Source of the DNA: Candidatus Zhuqueibacterota bacterium
GTDB taxonomy: Bacteria; Zhuqueibacterota; Zhuqueibacteria; Oleimicrobiales; Geothermoviventaceae
Reading direction: 5' to 3'
Assembly: GCA_034506315.1 (NCBI GenBank)
Contig: JAPDPT010000009.1
Coordinates: forward strand, 6,745-70,744
DNA: 64,000 bases
Position numbers and translations under genes: made by a program
Shown: piece by piece, positions 55,697 through 64,000 of the stretch
How the letters are laid out: every line of letters starts with the position of its first letter
Position numbering within the stretch: the stretch's first letter is position 1
The notes under the pieces: model-generated
Told to the model about the DNA's origin: nothing
The model's database searches: none
What the model saw: only the letters and a program-made list of their open reading frames with translations

Positions 55697-57970
55697 ATGA
55701 AGAAGTCGCTGGTGATCGTGGAGTCGGTGGCGAAGACGAAGACCATCAATAAGTTTCTGGGGGATCGCTTCCGGGTAATGTACTCCATGGGTCATGTGAT
55801 GGATCTTCCCCAACGAAAGCTGGGGGTGGACCTCGAGAATGGTTTCGAGCCCCATTTTGTCAAGATTCGGAAGAAGGAGGACATCGTCAAGAAGCTGCAG
55901 CAGGCCGCGGCCGAATCGGACGTGGTCTACGTGGCCACTGATCCCGACCGCGAAGGGGAGGCCATCGCCTGGCACTTGGCCCAGCTTCTGAAGCGCTCCA
56001 ACCAGAACGTCAAGCGCATCCTGTTCAACGAGATCACCGAGAGCGCCGTCAAGAAGGCTATCGAGAACCCTCTCGAGATCGACCAGGACAAGGTGGAGGC
56101 CCAGAAGGCCCGACGGGTGCTCGACCGTCTGGTGGGTTACCAGGTGAGTCCTATCCTCTGGTCCACCTTATATCGCGGATTGAGTGCTGGTCGGGTGCAG
56201 ACGGTGGCCCTGCGGCTGATCTGCGAGCGCGAGGAAGAGATCGAGAAATTCGTCCCGCAGGAGTACTGGACGATCACGGCCGAGTTGCGGGACGCAGAGG
56301 GGGAGAAATTCCGGAGCCGACTCATCCGCATCGATGGCAAGAAGGCGGAGATCGGCAATCAGATCCAGGCGCAGGCCATCATCGACGATCTCAAGCGCCA
56401 GATCTTCGTCGTCCGCCGCATCGAGCACAAGGAGGTATCGCGCAACCCCTCGCCTCCCTTCACGACCAGCACGATGCAGCAGGAGGCGTCCAAGCGCCTG
56501 GGCTTCACGGCCAAGAGAACGATGGCGGTCGCCCAGCAGCTTTACGAGGGCGTGGAGCTGGGCCCGGAAGGCAGTGTGGGCCTGATTACGTACATGCGAA
56601 CCGATTCCACGCGCATTGCGGAAGAAGCCCTTCGCGCTGTGCGGGAATACATCGCCTCCGCCTACGGCACGGATTATCTGCCGAAGGAACCGCGGCGCTT
56701 TAAGGTGAAAGCCGGGGCGCAGGACGCGCACGAAGCCATCCGCCCGACCTCCATGGATCGGGAACCGCGCAAAATCAAAAAGTACCTGACGCCCGACCAG
56801 TACAAGCTTTACGAGCTGATCTGGAACCGCTTTGTCGCCTCGCAGATGGCGGCGGCGCGGTTCGAACGGGTGACCATCGACATCGAGGCAGGCGAGAAGC
56901 CGCTCTATCTTTTCCGAACCACTGGTTCTGTAGTCCTTTTCCGGGGATACCTGCAGGTGTGGGAAGAGATCAGGGACGCCGAGGAGGAGGGAGGGGAGGA
57001 AGCGGAAGAGATGGCCGTCCCGCGCAGGATCCGGGAGCAGGAGGTGCTGCGTCTGGTGGATCTTGTGCCCGAGCAGCACTTCACCAAGCCACCTGCGCGA
57101 TACTCAGAGAGCAGCCTGGTCAAAGAGCTCGATACTCTCGGGATTGGCCGGCCATCCACCTACGCCCTGATCATCAGCACGCTCCTCGATCGTCGCTACG
57201 TTGAGCGATCCGGACGGCAGCTTGTGCCCACCCAGCTGGGCCGGCTGGTCAACAAGATCCTTGTGGAGCATTTTCCGGACATCTTCAATGTGGGATTCAC
57301 CGCTCGGATGGAGGAGCAACTGGACAAGATCGAGTCAGGGCAGGAGAACTTCCTCTCCGTGGTGAAGGCCTTCTATGGGCCCTTCAGTCAGGCGCTCCAA
57401 CGGATGCAGAACAAGGCAGATTCCCTGCGCGCCTCCCTCACGGAGGACACGAGCGAAACATGCCCTGTGTGCGGCAGCGCCCTGATCATCAAGTGGGGGA
57501 GGCTGGGGCGTTTCTACGCCTGTTCGCGGTACCCCGAAGAATGCAGCTTTACCAAAGCGGCCGACGAGGATATTGTCGAAAACGGAGAGGTGTGCGACCG
57601 GTGCGGGAGACCCATGATCGTGAAAGTCGGCCGTTTTGGCCGGTTCATGGCCTGCACGGGGTACCCGGAATGCAAGAACACCAAGCCGTACTCCGTCGGA
57701 GTACCTTGCCCCCAACAGGGCTGCGACGGCAAGCTGGTAGAGAAGCGCACCCGTCGCGGGAAGCTTTTCTACAGCTGCAGCAATTACCCGAAGTGTACCT
57801 TCGCCACGTGGAACAAGCCGGTGGGCATTGAGTGCCCTGCGTGCGGGAATCCGTATTTGGAGGAGCGGAGTTCCCAGCAGCGTGGGGTTTATTACGTTTG
57901 CCCTGCTTGCAAGCAGGAGTTCGACCCTGAGACGGTCCAACTTGACGAAGCTGTCGGTTTCGGTTCCTGA
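55697..57970 (+). CDS. topA: DNA topoisomerase I with C-terminal zinc ribbons
   Basis: LVIVES, ATDPDREGE, SAGRVQT, catalytic ITYMRTDS, AHEAIRPT, GIGRPSTY; CxxC repeats. Confidence 0.98.
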   Translation: MKKSLVIVESVAKTKTINKFLGDRFRVMYSMGHVMDLPQRKLGVDLENGFEPHFVKIRKKEDIVKKLQQAAAESDVVYVATDPDREGEAIAWHLAQLLKRSNQNVKRILFNEITESAVKKAIENPLEIDQDKVEAQKARRVLDRLVGYQVSPILWSTLYRGLSAGRVQTVALRLICEREEEIEKFVPQEYWTITAELRDAEGEKFRSRLIRIDGKKAEIGNQIQAQAIIDDLKRQIFVVRRIEHKEVSRNPSPPFTTSTMQQEASKRLGFTAKRTMAVAQQLYEGVELGPEGSVGLITYMRTDSTRIAEEALRAVREYIASAYGTDYLPKEPRRFKVKAGAQDAHEAIRPTSMDREPRKIKKYLTPDQYKLYELIWNRFVASQMAAARFERVTIDIEAGEKPLYLFRTTGSVVLFRGYLQVWEEIRDAEEEGGEEAEEMAVPRRIREQEVLRLVDLVPEQHFTKPPARYSESSLVKELDTLGIGRPSTYALIISTLLDRRYVERSGRQLVPTQLGRLVNKILVEHFPDIFNVGFTARMEEQLDKIESGQENFLSVVKAFYGPFSQALQRMQNKADSLRASLTEDTSETCPVCGSALIIKWGRLGRFYACSRYPEECSFTKAADEDIVENGEVCDRCGRPMIVKVGRFGRFMACTGYPECKNTKPYSVGVPCPQQGCDGKLVEKRTRRGKLFYSCSNYPKCTFATWNKPVGIECPACGNPYLEERSSQQRGVYYVCPACKQEFDPETVQLDEAVGFGS

Positions 57971-58883
57971 GCTATCGCGCTGGCGCCAGGCCTTCTTGCG
58001 AAGCTTGCGGGTGGAGAGAGACTACTCTCCCCACACGATCCGGGCTTATGCCACAGACCTGCGTCAGTTCGAGGAGTTCTGGAAGGAGAGGGGGCAAGCC
58101 GTCCAGTGGGAGCTGTCCCGAGAAGTGGTCCGATCGTACTTCGGGATGCTTGCCCGCAACGGTCTGGACAGCCGCTCCATCGCCCGGAAGATCGCCTGCC
58201 TTCGGTCGTTCCTGCGGTTTGTAGTGGCACGCGGCTGGGCGAACGTCAATCCCCTCTCAACCTTGCCTCTTCCGAAATCCCCGAAGAGGTTGCCCCGACA
58301 CCTCGGTCTCCAAACCGTCCTGGCGGCCCTATCTCTGCCCGACAAGAGGACGCCGCGAGGCATCCGGGACAGCGCGATCCTCGAACTTTTTTACGGCACC
58401 GGAATTCGTCTCTCCGAGCTGGCTGAACTACGCCTGGAGAATGTAGACCTCCGGGAGCGTCAGGTTCGCGTCCTGGGAAAAGGCGGCAAGGAGCGCGTTG
58501 TTCCCATGGGTTCGTGTGCGGCCCGGGCGCTGGAGGAGTACCTGGCGGTTCGGTCCTCGCTGGCGGCGAACCTTCCCGTAGCCTCAAGCCACGTATTCCT
58601 GGGGCCCAAGGGACGGCCGCTGTCACGGCGCACCATCGAACGTATTGTGCGCAAATATCTGGCTCAGGTAGACGACAGTGGCGCCTGGTTTCCCCACGCT
58701 CTTCGCCATTCGTTTGCCACGCACCTACTGGACGCAGGCGCCGATCTCCTGGCGGTGAAGGAGCTCCTTGGCCATAGCAGCCTTTCCACGACGCAGATCT
58801 ACACCCACGTCTCCACGGAACGGCTCAAACAGATTTATCGCCAGGCTCATCCGAGGTCGCGGAGAAGACGGGAGGACCGTTGA
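57942..58883 (+). CDS. xerC: tyrosine recombinase XerC (start uncertain)
   Basis: SPHTIRAY..DL, TGIRLSEL, GKGGKER, HALRHSFATHLL, LLGH..TTQIY; follows topA. Confidence 0.9.
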   Translation: MTKLSVSVPELSRWRQAFLRSLRVERDYSPHTIRAYATDLRQFEEFWKERGQAVQWELSREVVRSYFGMLARNGLDSRSIARKIACLRSFLRFVVARGWANVNPLSTLPLPKSPKRLPRHLGLQTVLAALSLPDKRTPRGIRDSAILELFYGTGIRLSELAELRLENVDLRERQVRVLGKGGKERVVPMGSCAARALEEYLAVRSSLAANLPVASSHVFLGPKGRPLSRRTIERIVRKYLAQVDDSGAWFPHALRHSFATHLLDAGADLLAVKELLGHSSLSTTQIYTHVSTERLKQIYRQAHPRSRRRREDR

Positions 58884-59006
58884 CGGTACCGACGAAGGCG
58901 GCGCGAAGGGAGGTGAGAGGTAAGGCGTAGAAGTGCCGGCCGAAGTCAGGAAGGGGATGTCCACAGCTGTGGCGTCCGGCGGAATCGCATCAGGAGGAGG
59001 TTGCGT

Positions 59007-59354
59007 ATGGAATACCGACTGACAGCCAGACATTTCAATCCCTCCGACGGTTTGAAGCAGTACCTGGACAAGCAGCTGAAGCGGCTGAAGAAGTTCTACC
59101 AGGGAATCATCGACTGCGAGGTTATCCTCTATCCAGAGAAACTTCTCCAGGTTGCGGAGATTCAGCTAAAGGTGGATGGTGCGCTGCTGACGGCGGTTGA
59201 GAAGTCGGACGACATGTTCAAATCCGTGGATCTGGCGGTCGAGAAGATCGAGCGCCAGCTGAAGAAGCACAAAGAGAAGCTTCAAATGCACAACGGCGAG
59301 AAGCTCGGAAGGCTCTTCCGAGAGGCCTCTGAGAAGGCCGAGTCTGCAGAATGA
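59007..59354 (+). CDS. hpf: ribosome hibernation promoting factor / RaiA (short form)
   Basis: TARHF, DMFKSVDLAVEKIERQLKKHKEK; AGGAGGAGG RBS. Confidence 0.92.
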   Translation: MEYRLTARHFNPSDGLKQYLDKQLKRLKKFYQGIIDCEVILYPEKLLQVAEIQLKVDGALLTAVEKSDDMFKSVDLAVEKIERQLKKHKEKLQMHNGEKLGRLFREASEKAESAE

Positions 59355-59426
59355 CGGCAATCGGATGACGCCAGGGTCCCGCGGCCGGGACTCTGGCGTC
59401 GTTCCTGAGGAGGGACGAGAGGGAAG

Positions 59427-60386
59427 ATGTCGAAGCTCACGGTCCGCACCCTTTACGAAGATAATCGGGATCGGCTGCAACTCTCGGTGGTCAACGGGGA
59501 GTACAGCTTTGAGCGTGTGATCACGGAGCCGGATCTCCATCGGCCAGGCCTTGCCCTCGCGGGGTTCACCGAGGTATTCACCTACCAGCGAATCCAGATC
59601 GTCGGCAATACCGAGAGCCGCTACCTGGAGCGCCTGTCGCCGGGCGAACGCGAAAGCATTCTCGAAAAAGTGCTCTCCTTCGCGATCCCCTGCATCATTG
59701 TGACGGACAATAACCCGGTGGCACCCGAGTTCGAAAGGATAGCGAGCGAGAAAGGGATCACCCTCTTCCGCACGCCGGTCAACACCACCCAGCTGATGCA
59801 ACTTCTGAGCGAGTACCTCGACGACCGCTTCGCCCCGCGGCTGATGGTCCACGGTACGCTGGTGGACGTGTACGGAATCGGGGTTCTAATTACGGGTCGA
59901 AGCGCCATCGGCAAAAGCGAGGTGGCCCTGGATCTGGTGGAACGAGGCCACCGTCTGGTAGCCGATGACGTGGTGCACATCGTCCGCAAGGCGGACGGCG
60001 TGCTCATGGGGACCGCCAGCGACTTGCTCCAGCAACACATGGAAATCCGGGGCTTGGGGATCATTGACGTACGGGCTCTGTTCGGTATCCGCGCCGTACG
60101 CATGCAAAAGCGAGTGGAAGTGGAAGTCCACCTGGAGGAGTGGGATTCCAGCCAGGACTACGAGCGGCTCGGACTTGACGAACACTACACCGAGTACCTG
60201 GGGGTCAAGATTCCCATCGTCCGCCTGCCTATTTTCCCCGGCAAGAACGTCACCGTAATCGTCGAGGTCATCGCTCTCAACCAGCTGTTGAAGATCTACG
60301 GCACGGATTCGGCGAAGGAATTCAGCCAAAAACTGATGCGCCTGATCCAGACGCGACGCGCTTACCTAACGGGGGACCTGGAGTAG
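59427..60386 (+). CDS. hprK: HPr kinase/phosphorylase
   Basis: RPGLALAGF, HGTLVDVYGIGVLITG..GKSE, LVADD, MEIRGLGII and PGKN motifs. Confidence 0.96.
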   Translation: MSKLTVRTLYEDNRDRLQLSVVNGEYSFERVITEPDLHRPGLALAGFTEVFTYQRIQIVGNTESRYLERLSPGERESILEKVLSFAIPCIIVTDNNPVAPEFERIASEKGITLFRTPVNTTQLMQLLSEYLDDRFAPRLMVHGTLVDVYGIGVLITGRSAIGKSEVALDLVERGHRLVADDVVHIVRKADGVLMGTASDLLQQHMEIRGLGIIDVRALFGIRAVRMQKRVEVEVHLEEWDSSQDYERLGLDEHYTEYLGVKIPIVRLPIFPGKNVTVIVEVIALNQLLKIYGTDSAKEFSQKLMRLIQTRRAYLTGDLE

Positions 60387-60528
60387 CGCGGGCCTCTCTT
60401 CTTCATGCCTCGGTAGGCCATCGGGAAAAGGTTCAGTTCGCGGCAGGTCGCCCGTAAGGCGACTAACCCCGGCCGAAAAGGGTGGCCTGGGAGGAAGAGG
60501 CCCGTCTATCTGCAGGGACGGAAGTCGC

Positions 60529-61383
60529 TTAGGGCACAAATTCGAACTCGATCTCCGTGATCCGTGCTCTCCAATAGGGCACGGGCCTACCGTCGATCAT
60601 CCATTGCACGGCGCCCTCGCGCGGGATGAGAACCCCGTTGACCCGATCGTAATGGGAAAAGAAGCCTTCCCAGGCAGTTTGCACAGGCTTGCCCTGCACG
60701 AAGCGATAGCGCGCGTCTGTGCGCACGGAAGAGATGAGTCCGTCCGTACCGAACTCGAATACAAGCTCCGCCACGAGCTCGCCGTCCCTAAGGGAGGCCA
60801 GCGCGTGTCGATCGTCCAGTGCGGTCCAAACAATCCCCTGGCCGGGAAGCAAGGCCGTCGGGTACCAGGGCGTCTCTGCAAGGAAGCGCAGAAGCTCACC
60901 CTCAGACAATTCCTTTGAAGGGGGTTGGGAGGCGATGGGAACCAGGCCCAAGAGGCTGGCCTCCAGGAGGCCCTGCCCGGCTACGTAGGCATCCACGACC
61001 CGGATAAGCAGAGCCGGAAATACCCTTAGGCGTGCGTTCCACACAAATCCCGGTCTCCGGGTTACGACACGCTGGTCCGACTCGAAGGGAACCCAGCGCG
61101 CCTTCTCCTGCCCGAGGTTGAACGTCCCTGCGTGCTTGAGCCTGACGCAGGCGATGATCGATGCGCGTTTGGGGAGCACCAGCCGGAGGTACCGTTGGAC
61201 CGGCGGGGGCAGGAATTCAAGCTCGCTCCACTCTGCGTTGGGCCGTAGAGGGTGGACCCGATTCGATTCAAGGCGGCTCGTAAGGCTTGCTACCTTTGCC
61301 TTCCAGCGCCGCGACCCGCCCACGTTGGCCAAGACGAGGATCCCCACCAGGACCAGAAGGGCCCCGCCAAGTTTCTTCAGCAT
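60529..61383 (-). CDS. conserved hypothetical exported protein, DUF6544-like
   Basis: N-terminal TM; PPPVQRYL, GFVWNAR, ELLRFLAETPWYPTAL and IPREG patterns as recalled for the family. Confidence 0.75.
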   Translation of the reverse strand: MLKKLGGALLVLVGILVLANVGGSRRWKAKVASLTSRLESNRVHPLRPNAEWSELEFLPPPVQRYLRLVLPKRASIIACVRLKHAGTFNLGQEKARWVPFESDQRVVTRRPGFVWNARLRVFPALLIRVVDAYVAGQGLLEASLLGLVPIASQPPSKELSEGELLRFLAETPWYPTALLPGQGIVWTALDDRHALASLRDGELVAELVFEFGTDGLISSVRTDARYRFVQGKPVQTAWEGFFSHYDRVNGVLIPREGAVQWMIDGRPVPYWRARITEIEFEFVP

Positions 61384-61448
61384 CTTTGTACCCTCCTTCC
61401 CGTGACGTTAGGTACGGGCGGCGGCTTTTTCGGCTCGGGCATTGAGTG

Positions 61449-62636
61449 TCAGCGAAGAGCGGCCGCCGTGCCCTTGGCCGTGCGCTCCTCGCGCGACCGC
61501 AGGTACGCCTGGATCCGATCCAGCCCCCGGCGGATGTTCTCGATGGAGTTGGCGTAGCTAAACCGGATGAATCCTTCCGCGCCAGGGCCGAAATCGATAC
61601 CGGGAGCGACAGCCACAAGGGCCTGCTCCAGAATCTCGGAGGCCAGCTGGTACGAGTCGGAACAGATGTGCCGGGCATCGGCGAGGATATAGAAGGCGCC
61701 TTGGGGCTCGCCGTATACCTTGAATCCGATCTCCCGCAGCCTTTGCAGCATATAGCGACGACGCAGGTCGTAGGTCCGCACGGCCTCATCAAGCTCTGGG
61801 TGATGCTCGGTGAGGGCCACCACGCCTGCCCACTGGGCAATCGAACTTGCGCACACGAAGAGATTCTGTTGCAGCTTCTGGATGGGGCGAACAAACTCCT
61901 CAGGGGCGATGAGGAATCCCAGTCTCCAGCCGGTCATCGCGTAGTACTTGGAAAAGCCGTTGATGACAAAGGCGCGGTCGGTGAACTCGAGGATCGTATG
62001 TTCGCGGGCGCCGTAGACGAGGCCGTGGTAGATTTCGTCGGAGATGAGGAAGGGGCCCATGTTCGTGATCTCGGCGACGGCGCCGAGGGTCTTGGCCGAC
62101 AGAACCCGACCCGTTGGATTGGCTGGCGAGTTGATGATCACAGCTTTCGTGCGGGAGGTCAGAGCCTCGCGGAGAGCCTCGGGATGAAGATCGAAGCCAT
62201 CCTCGGGCCAGAGGCGTACAGAGCGTGCGACCGCGCTCACCTGGCGCAGAAAGTTCGGATAGCAGGCGTAGCGCGGGTCTGTGATCACCACCTCGTCGCC
62301 TTCGTCGACAAGGGCGCAGAGGGCCAGCAGCAGAGCCGGAGACGTCCCCATCGTTACGATCACCCGGTCCGGCGAGAGCGCCACCCCGTAGCGGCGCTGG
62401 TAATGCTCGGCGATGGCTTCCCGGAGCTCAGGGATGCCCAAACTGTGCGTGTAGTGCGTTTTGCCGCTTCGAATGGCTTCGATCCCAGCCTGGCGGATCC
62501 TCTCGGGTGTGTCGAAATCGGGCTCGCCGATCTCCAGGTGAATGATGTCTTTGCCCTGCCTCTCCAGCTGCTGGGCTCGCTCCAGCACATCCATTACGAT
62601 GAACGGAGAAATGCTCCGCGCCTTCTGAGAAACCAT
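61449..62636 (-). CDS. PLP-dependent aminotransferase class I/II (AspC-like)
   Basis: LEIGEPDFDTP, YTHSLGIPELREAIA, NSPANPTG, SDEIY, FSKYYAMTGWRLG and PQGAFY motifs. Confidence 0.95.
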   Translation of the reverse strand: MVSQKARSISPFIVMDVLERAQQLERQGKDIIHLEIGEPDFDTPERIRQAGIEAIRSGKTHYTHSLGIPELREAIAEHYQRRYGVALSPDRVIVTMGTSPALLLALCALVDEGDEVVITDPRYACYPNFLRQVSAVARSVRLWPEDGFDLHPEALREALTSRTKAVIINSPANPTGRVLSAKTLGAVAEITNMGPFLISDEIYHGLVYGAREHTILEFTDRAFVINGFSKYYAMTGWRLGFLIAPEEFVRPIQKLQQNLFVCASSIAQWAGVVALTEHHPELDEAVRTYDLRRRYMLQRLREIGFKVYGEPQGAFYILADARHICSDSYQLASEILEQALVAVAPGIDFGPGAEGFIRFSYANSIENIRRGLDRIQAYLRSREERTAKGTAAALR

Positions 62637-62671
62637 GGCCTCCTCCCTACAGCTCTCCAAAAAGTGGCGCC

Positions 62672-62700
62672 AATATAGCACATTTGGACTTCCGGAGCAA
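62672..62700 (-). promoter_or_regulatory. sigma-70 promoter (extended -10) for the aminotransferase
   Basis: On the minus strand TTGCTC, 17 bp, TATATT with TGn. Confidence 0.55.
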
Positions 62701-62871
62701 AGTCCTTCTGGCCTCTTCTCATTCGGGCCAGGAGCGATCTCATGGGTCCACCGCAAGCTGGACGTGAGGTAAGTTCAGCCTGCGGACCTACAAGAGGACA
62801 CGATTTGGTGTCCTTCCCTCGTTCCGGGCGACGATTCTTCCCCGTCTGGCGGCTTGTGTGCGGGAAAAGCA

Positions 62872-62900
62872 TTGCTTTTGAGGGGGTGGATCTTTATATT
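62872..62900 (+). promoter_or_regulatory. sigma-70 promoter for GT2, predicting a near-leaderless transcript
   Basis: TTGCTT, 17 bp, TATATT, ending 8 bp before the ATG at 62909. Confidence 0.55.
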
Positions 62901-62908
62901 CCGCGGCG

Positions 62909-63601
62909 ATGAAGACGAGTGTAGCGGTGGTGGTTCCGGCATACCGGTGCCGGGCCCAGGTGGCGAGGGTGGTGGGGGAAGTCAAGCAGGCGTTCCCGGG
63001 AGCCGTGACCATTGTAGTGGACGACGGTTCCGGTGACGGCACTGGGGAAGCGGCCCAAAAAGCCGGAGCCTACGTTCTTTCTCACGCGCGGAACCAGGGG
63101 AAGGGAGTCGCGGTCCGCACGGGCCTCGCGGAGGCAGTGCGCAGGGGCGCAGAAATCATCGTTACGCTCGACGGAGATGGACAGCACCGTGCGGAGGATG
63201 CTGCCCGCCTGGCAGCGCTGGTCGAGCGAGCGGCCGCAGACCTCGCCGTGGGCAACCGAATGGGTGATCCCCGAGGAATGCCGTGGGACAGAAGGCTGAG
63301 CAATCGGCTGTCTTCCCTGGTCGTTTCGATCGCCTGCCAACGATGGGTCCCGGACAGTCAGTGCGGATTACGGGCTCTTTCGGCTCGTCTCGCGAAGGGG
63401 CTTCCCCTTACAGCGGAGCACTTTGAGATCGAGACAGAGATGCTCCTGGCCGCGGCGAAGGCGAAGGCACGGGTGCAAAGCGTCCCCGTGCAGAGCATCT
63501 ACCCGGAAGGCGAGGATCAGCCCGCGAGCAACATCGCGCGTCTGCGCGATACGCTGCGCTTCCTGCGGTTGTTGATCCTCTTCTTCCTTCGCTGGGGCTG
63601 A
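62909..63601 (+). CDS. glycosyltransferase family 2 (DPM1-like)
   Basis: VVVPAY, VVDDGSGD, NQGKG, LDGDGQH, DSQCG and FEIETE motifs. Confidence 0.93.
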   Translation: MKTSVAVVVPAYRCRAQVARVVGEVKQAFPGAVTIVVDDGSGDGTGEAAQKAGAYVLSHARNQGKGVAVRTGLAEAVRRGAEIIVTLDGDGQHRAEDAARLAALVERAAADLAVGNRMGDPRGMPWDRRLSNRLSSLVVSIACQRWVPDSQCGLRALSARLAKGLPLTAEHFEIETEMLLAAAKAKARVQSVPVQSIYPEGEDQPASNIARLRDTLRFLRLLILFFLRWG

Positions 63602-63649
63602 GGATCCACGCGCCGCCCGGGTCGCGTGCACGAATTGGAACTCGACGGA

Positions 63650-64000
63650 ATGGTAGATCAACTGGTCCAGTGGTTTTCGGGTCTGCCGAAAACGTGGATA
63701 ACGGCTCTTCTTTCGATGTTGCCGGTGACCGAGCTCAGGGCGGCGATTCCCTGGGCGCTGGCAGGGCCACCGTACGGAGGCGGCCTACCCTGGTACGAGG
63801 CCCTTGCCTTCGCGGCGCTGGGCAACATGGTTCCGGTAGTACCCCTATTACTGCTACTGGAACACGGGTACCATAGGCTCAAGAGACACCCCTGGTGGGA
63901 CAGGGCCTTCGAAAAGGTACTCGCTCGTACGCGTCAGAAAGGCAAGGTGGTCGAGAAGTACCGCGCTTTGGGCCTCGCGCTTTTTGTAGGGGTTCCATTG
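63650..64000 (+). CDS. small multidrug export-type membrane protein (COG2426), 3'-truncated; not in the ORF track
   Basis: Translated by hand: MVDQLVQWF..SMLPVTELRAAIP..GNMVPV..GLALFVGVPL, open to the window end. Confidence 0.85.
   Translation, partial: MVDQLVQWFSGLPKTWITALLSMLPVTELRAAIPWALAGPPYGGGLPWYEALAFAALGNMVPVVPLLLLLEHGYHRLKRHPWWDRAFEKVLARTRQKGKVVEKYRALGLALFVGVPL

Noticed and set aside
57942-58883. Phage or island integrase
   Set aside because: It has a XerC-type sequence in the conserved smg-topA-xerC context, with no att site, tRNA or mobile cargo.
1-64000. CRISPR arrays, IS/transposases, prophage, rRNA/tRNA, defence systems
   Set aside because: No regularly spaced repeats, terminal inverted repeats with a transposase, or relevant protein motifs were seen on either strand.

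Overview
A 64 kb GC-rich stretch of core bacterial chromosome. About 57 CDSs, all but two on the + strand. No IS, prophage, CRISPR array, tRNA or rRNA was recognised. The FlgD/T9SS-like C-terminal domain, the long FCB-type SecA and the short region-1.1-less sigma-70 suggest an FCB-superphylum lineage such as KSB1 (inference). In order: the end of a secreted protein; a sugar cluster (RbsB-like lipoprotein, PfkB kinase, DUF4254 fusion, PdxA, 1-PFK-like kinase); ferritin-like protein plus sigma-70; MBL hydrolase; pdhABC-lpdA-lipB; nuoA-I without nuoJ-N, with an extra coiled-coil ORF; thyX, lipA, thioesterase, AIR-synthase-like protein, GAF-PP2C phosphatase, def, ferritin-like protein, a split-MetE pair, feoAB, polX; ggt, CPBP, NUDIX, mltG, pcrA/uvrD, a ~1250-aa TPR protein; zinc-ribbon protein, RNase P RNA, recJ, nusB, secA, smg, topA, xerC, hpf, hprK; DUF6544-like protein, class I/II aminotransferase, GT2, COG2426 (truncated). 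Best leads: (1) an unannotated ~400-nt promoter-driven, apparently multi-domain structured RNA upstream of nuoA carrying three copies of CGGTTCGAG; (2) a 74-aa coiled-coil gene inside the nuo operon plus a NuoD insertion; (3) a PdxA/PfkB/DUF4254 sugar pathway lacking the usual DUF1537 kinase; (4) an attenuator-like leader upstream of the zinc-ribbon/rnpB/recJ block; (5) an archaeal-style split MetE. All folds, promoters and family calls were made by eye and need computational confirmation.
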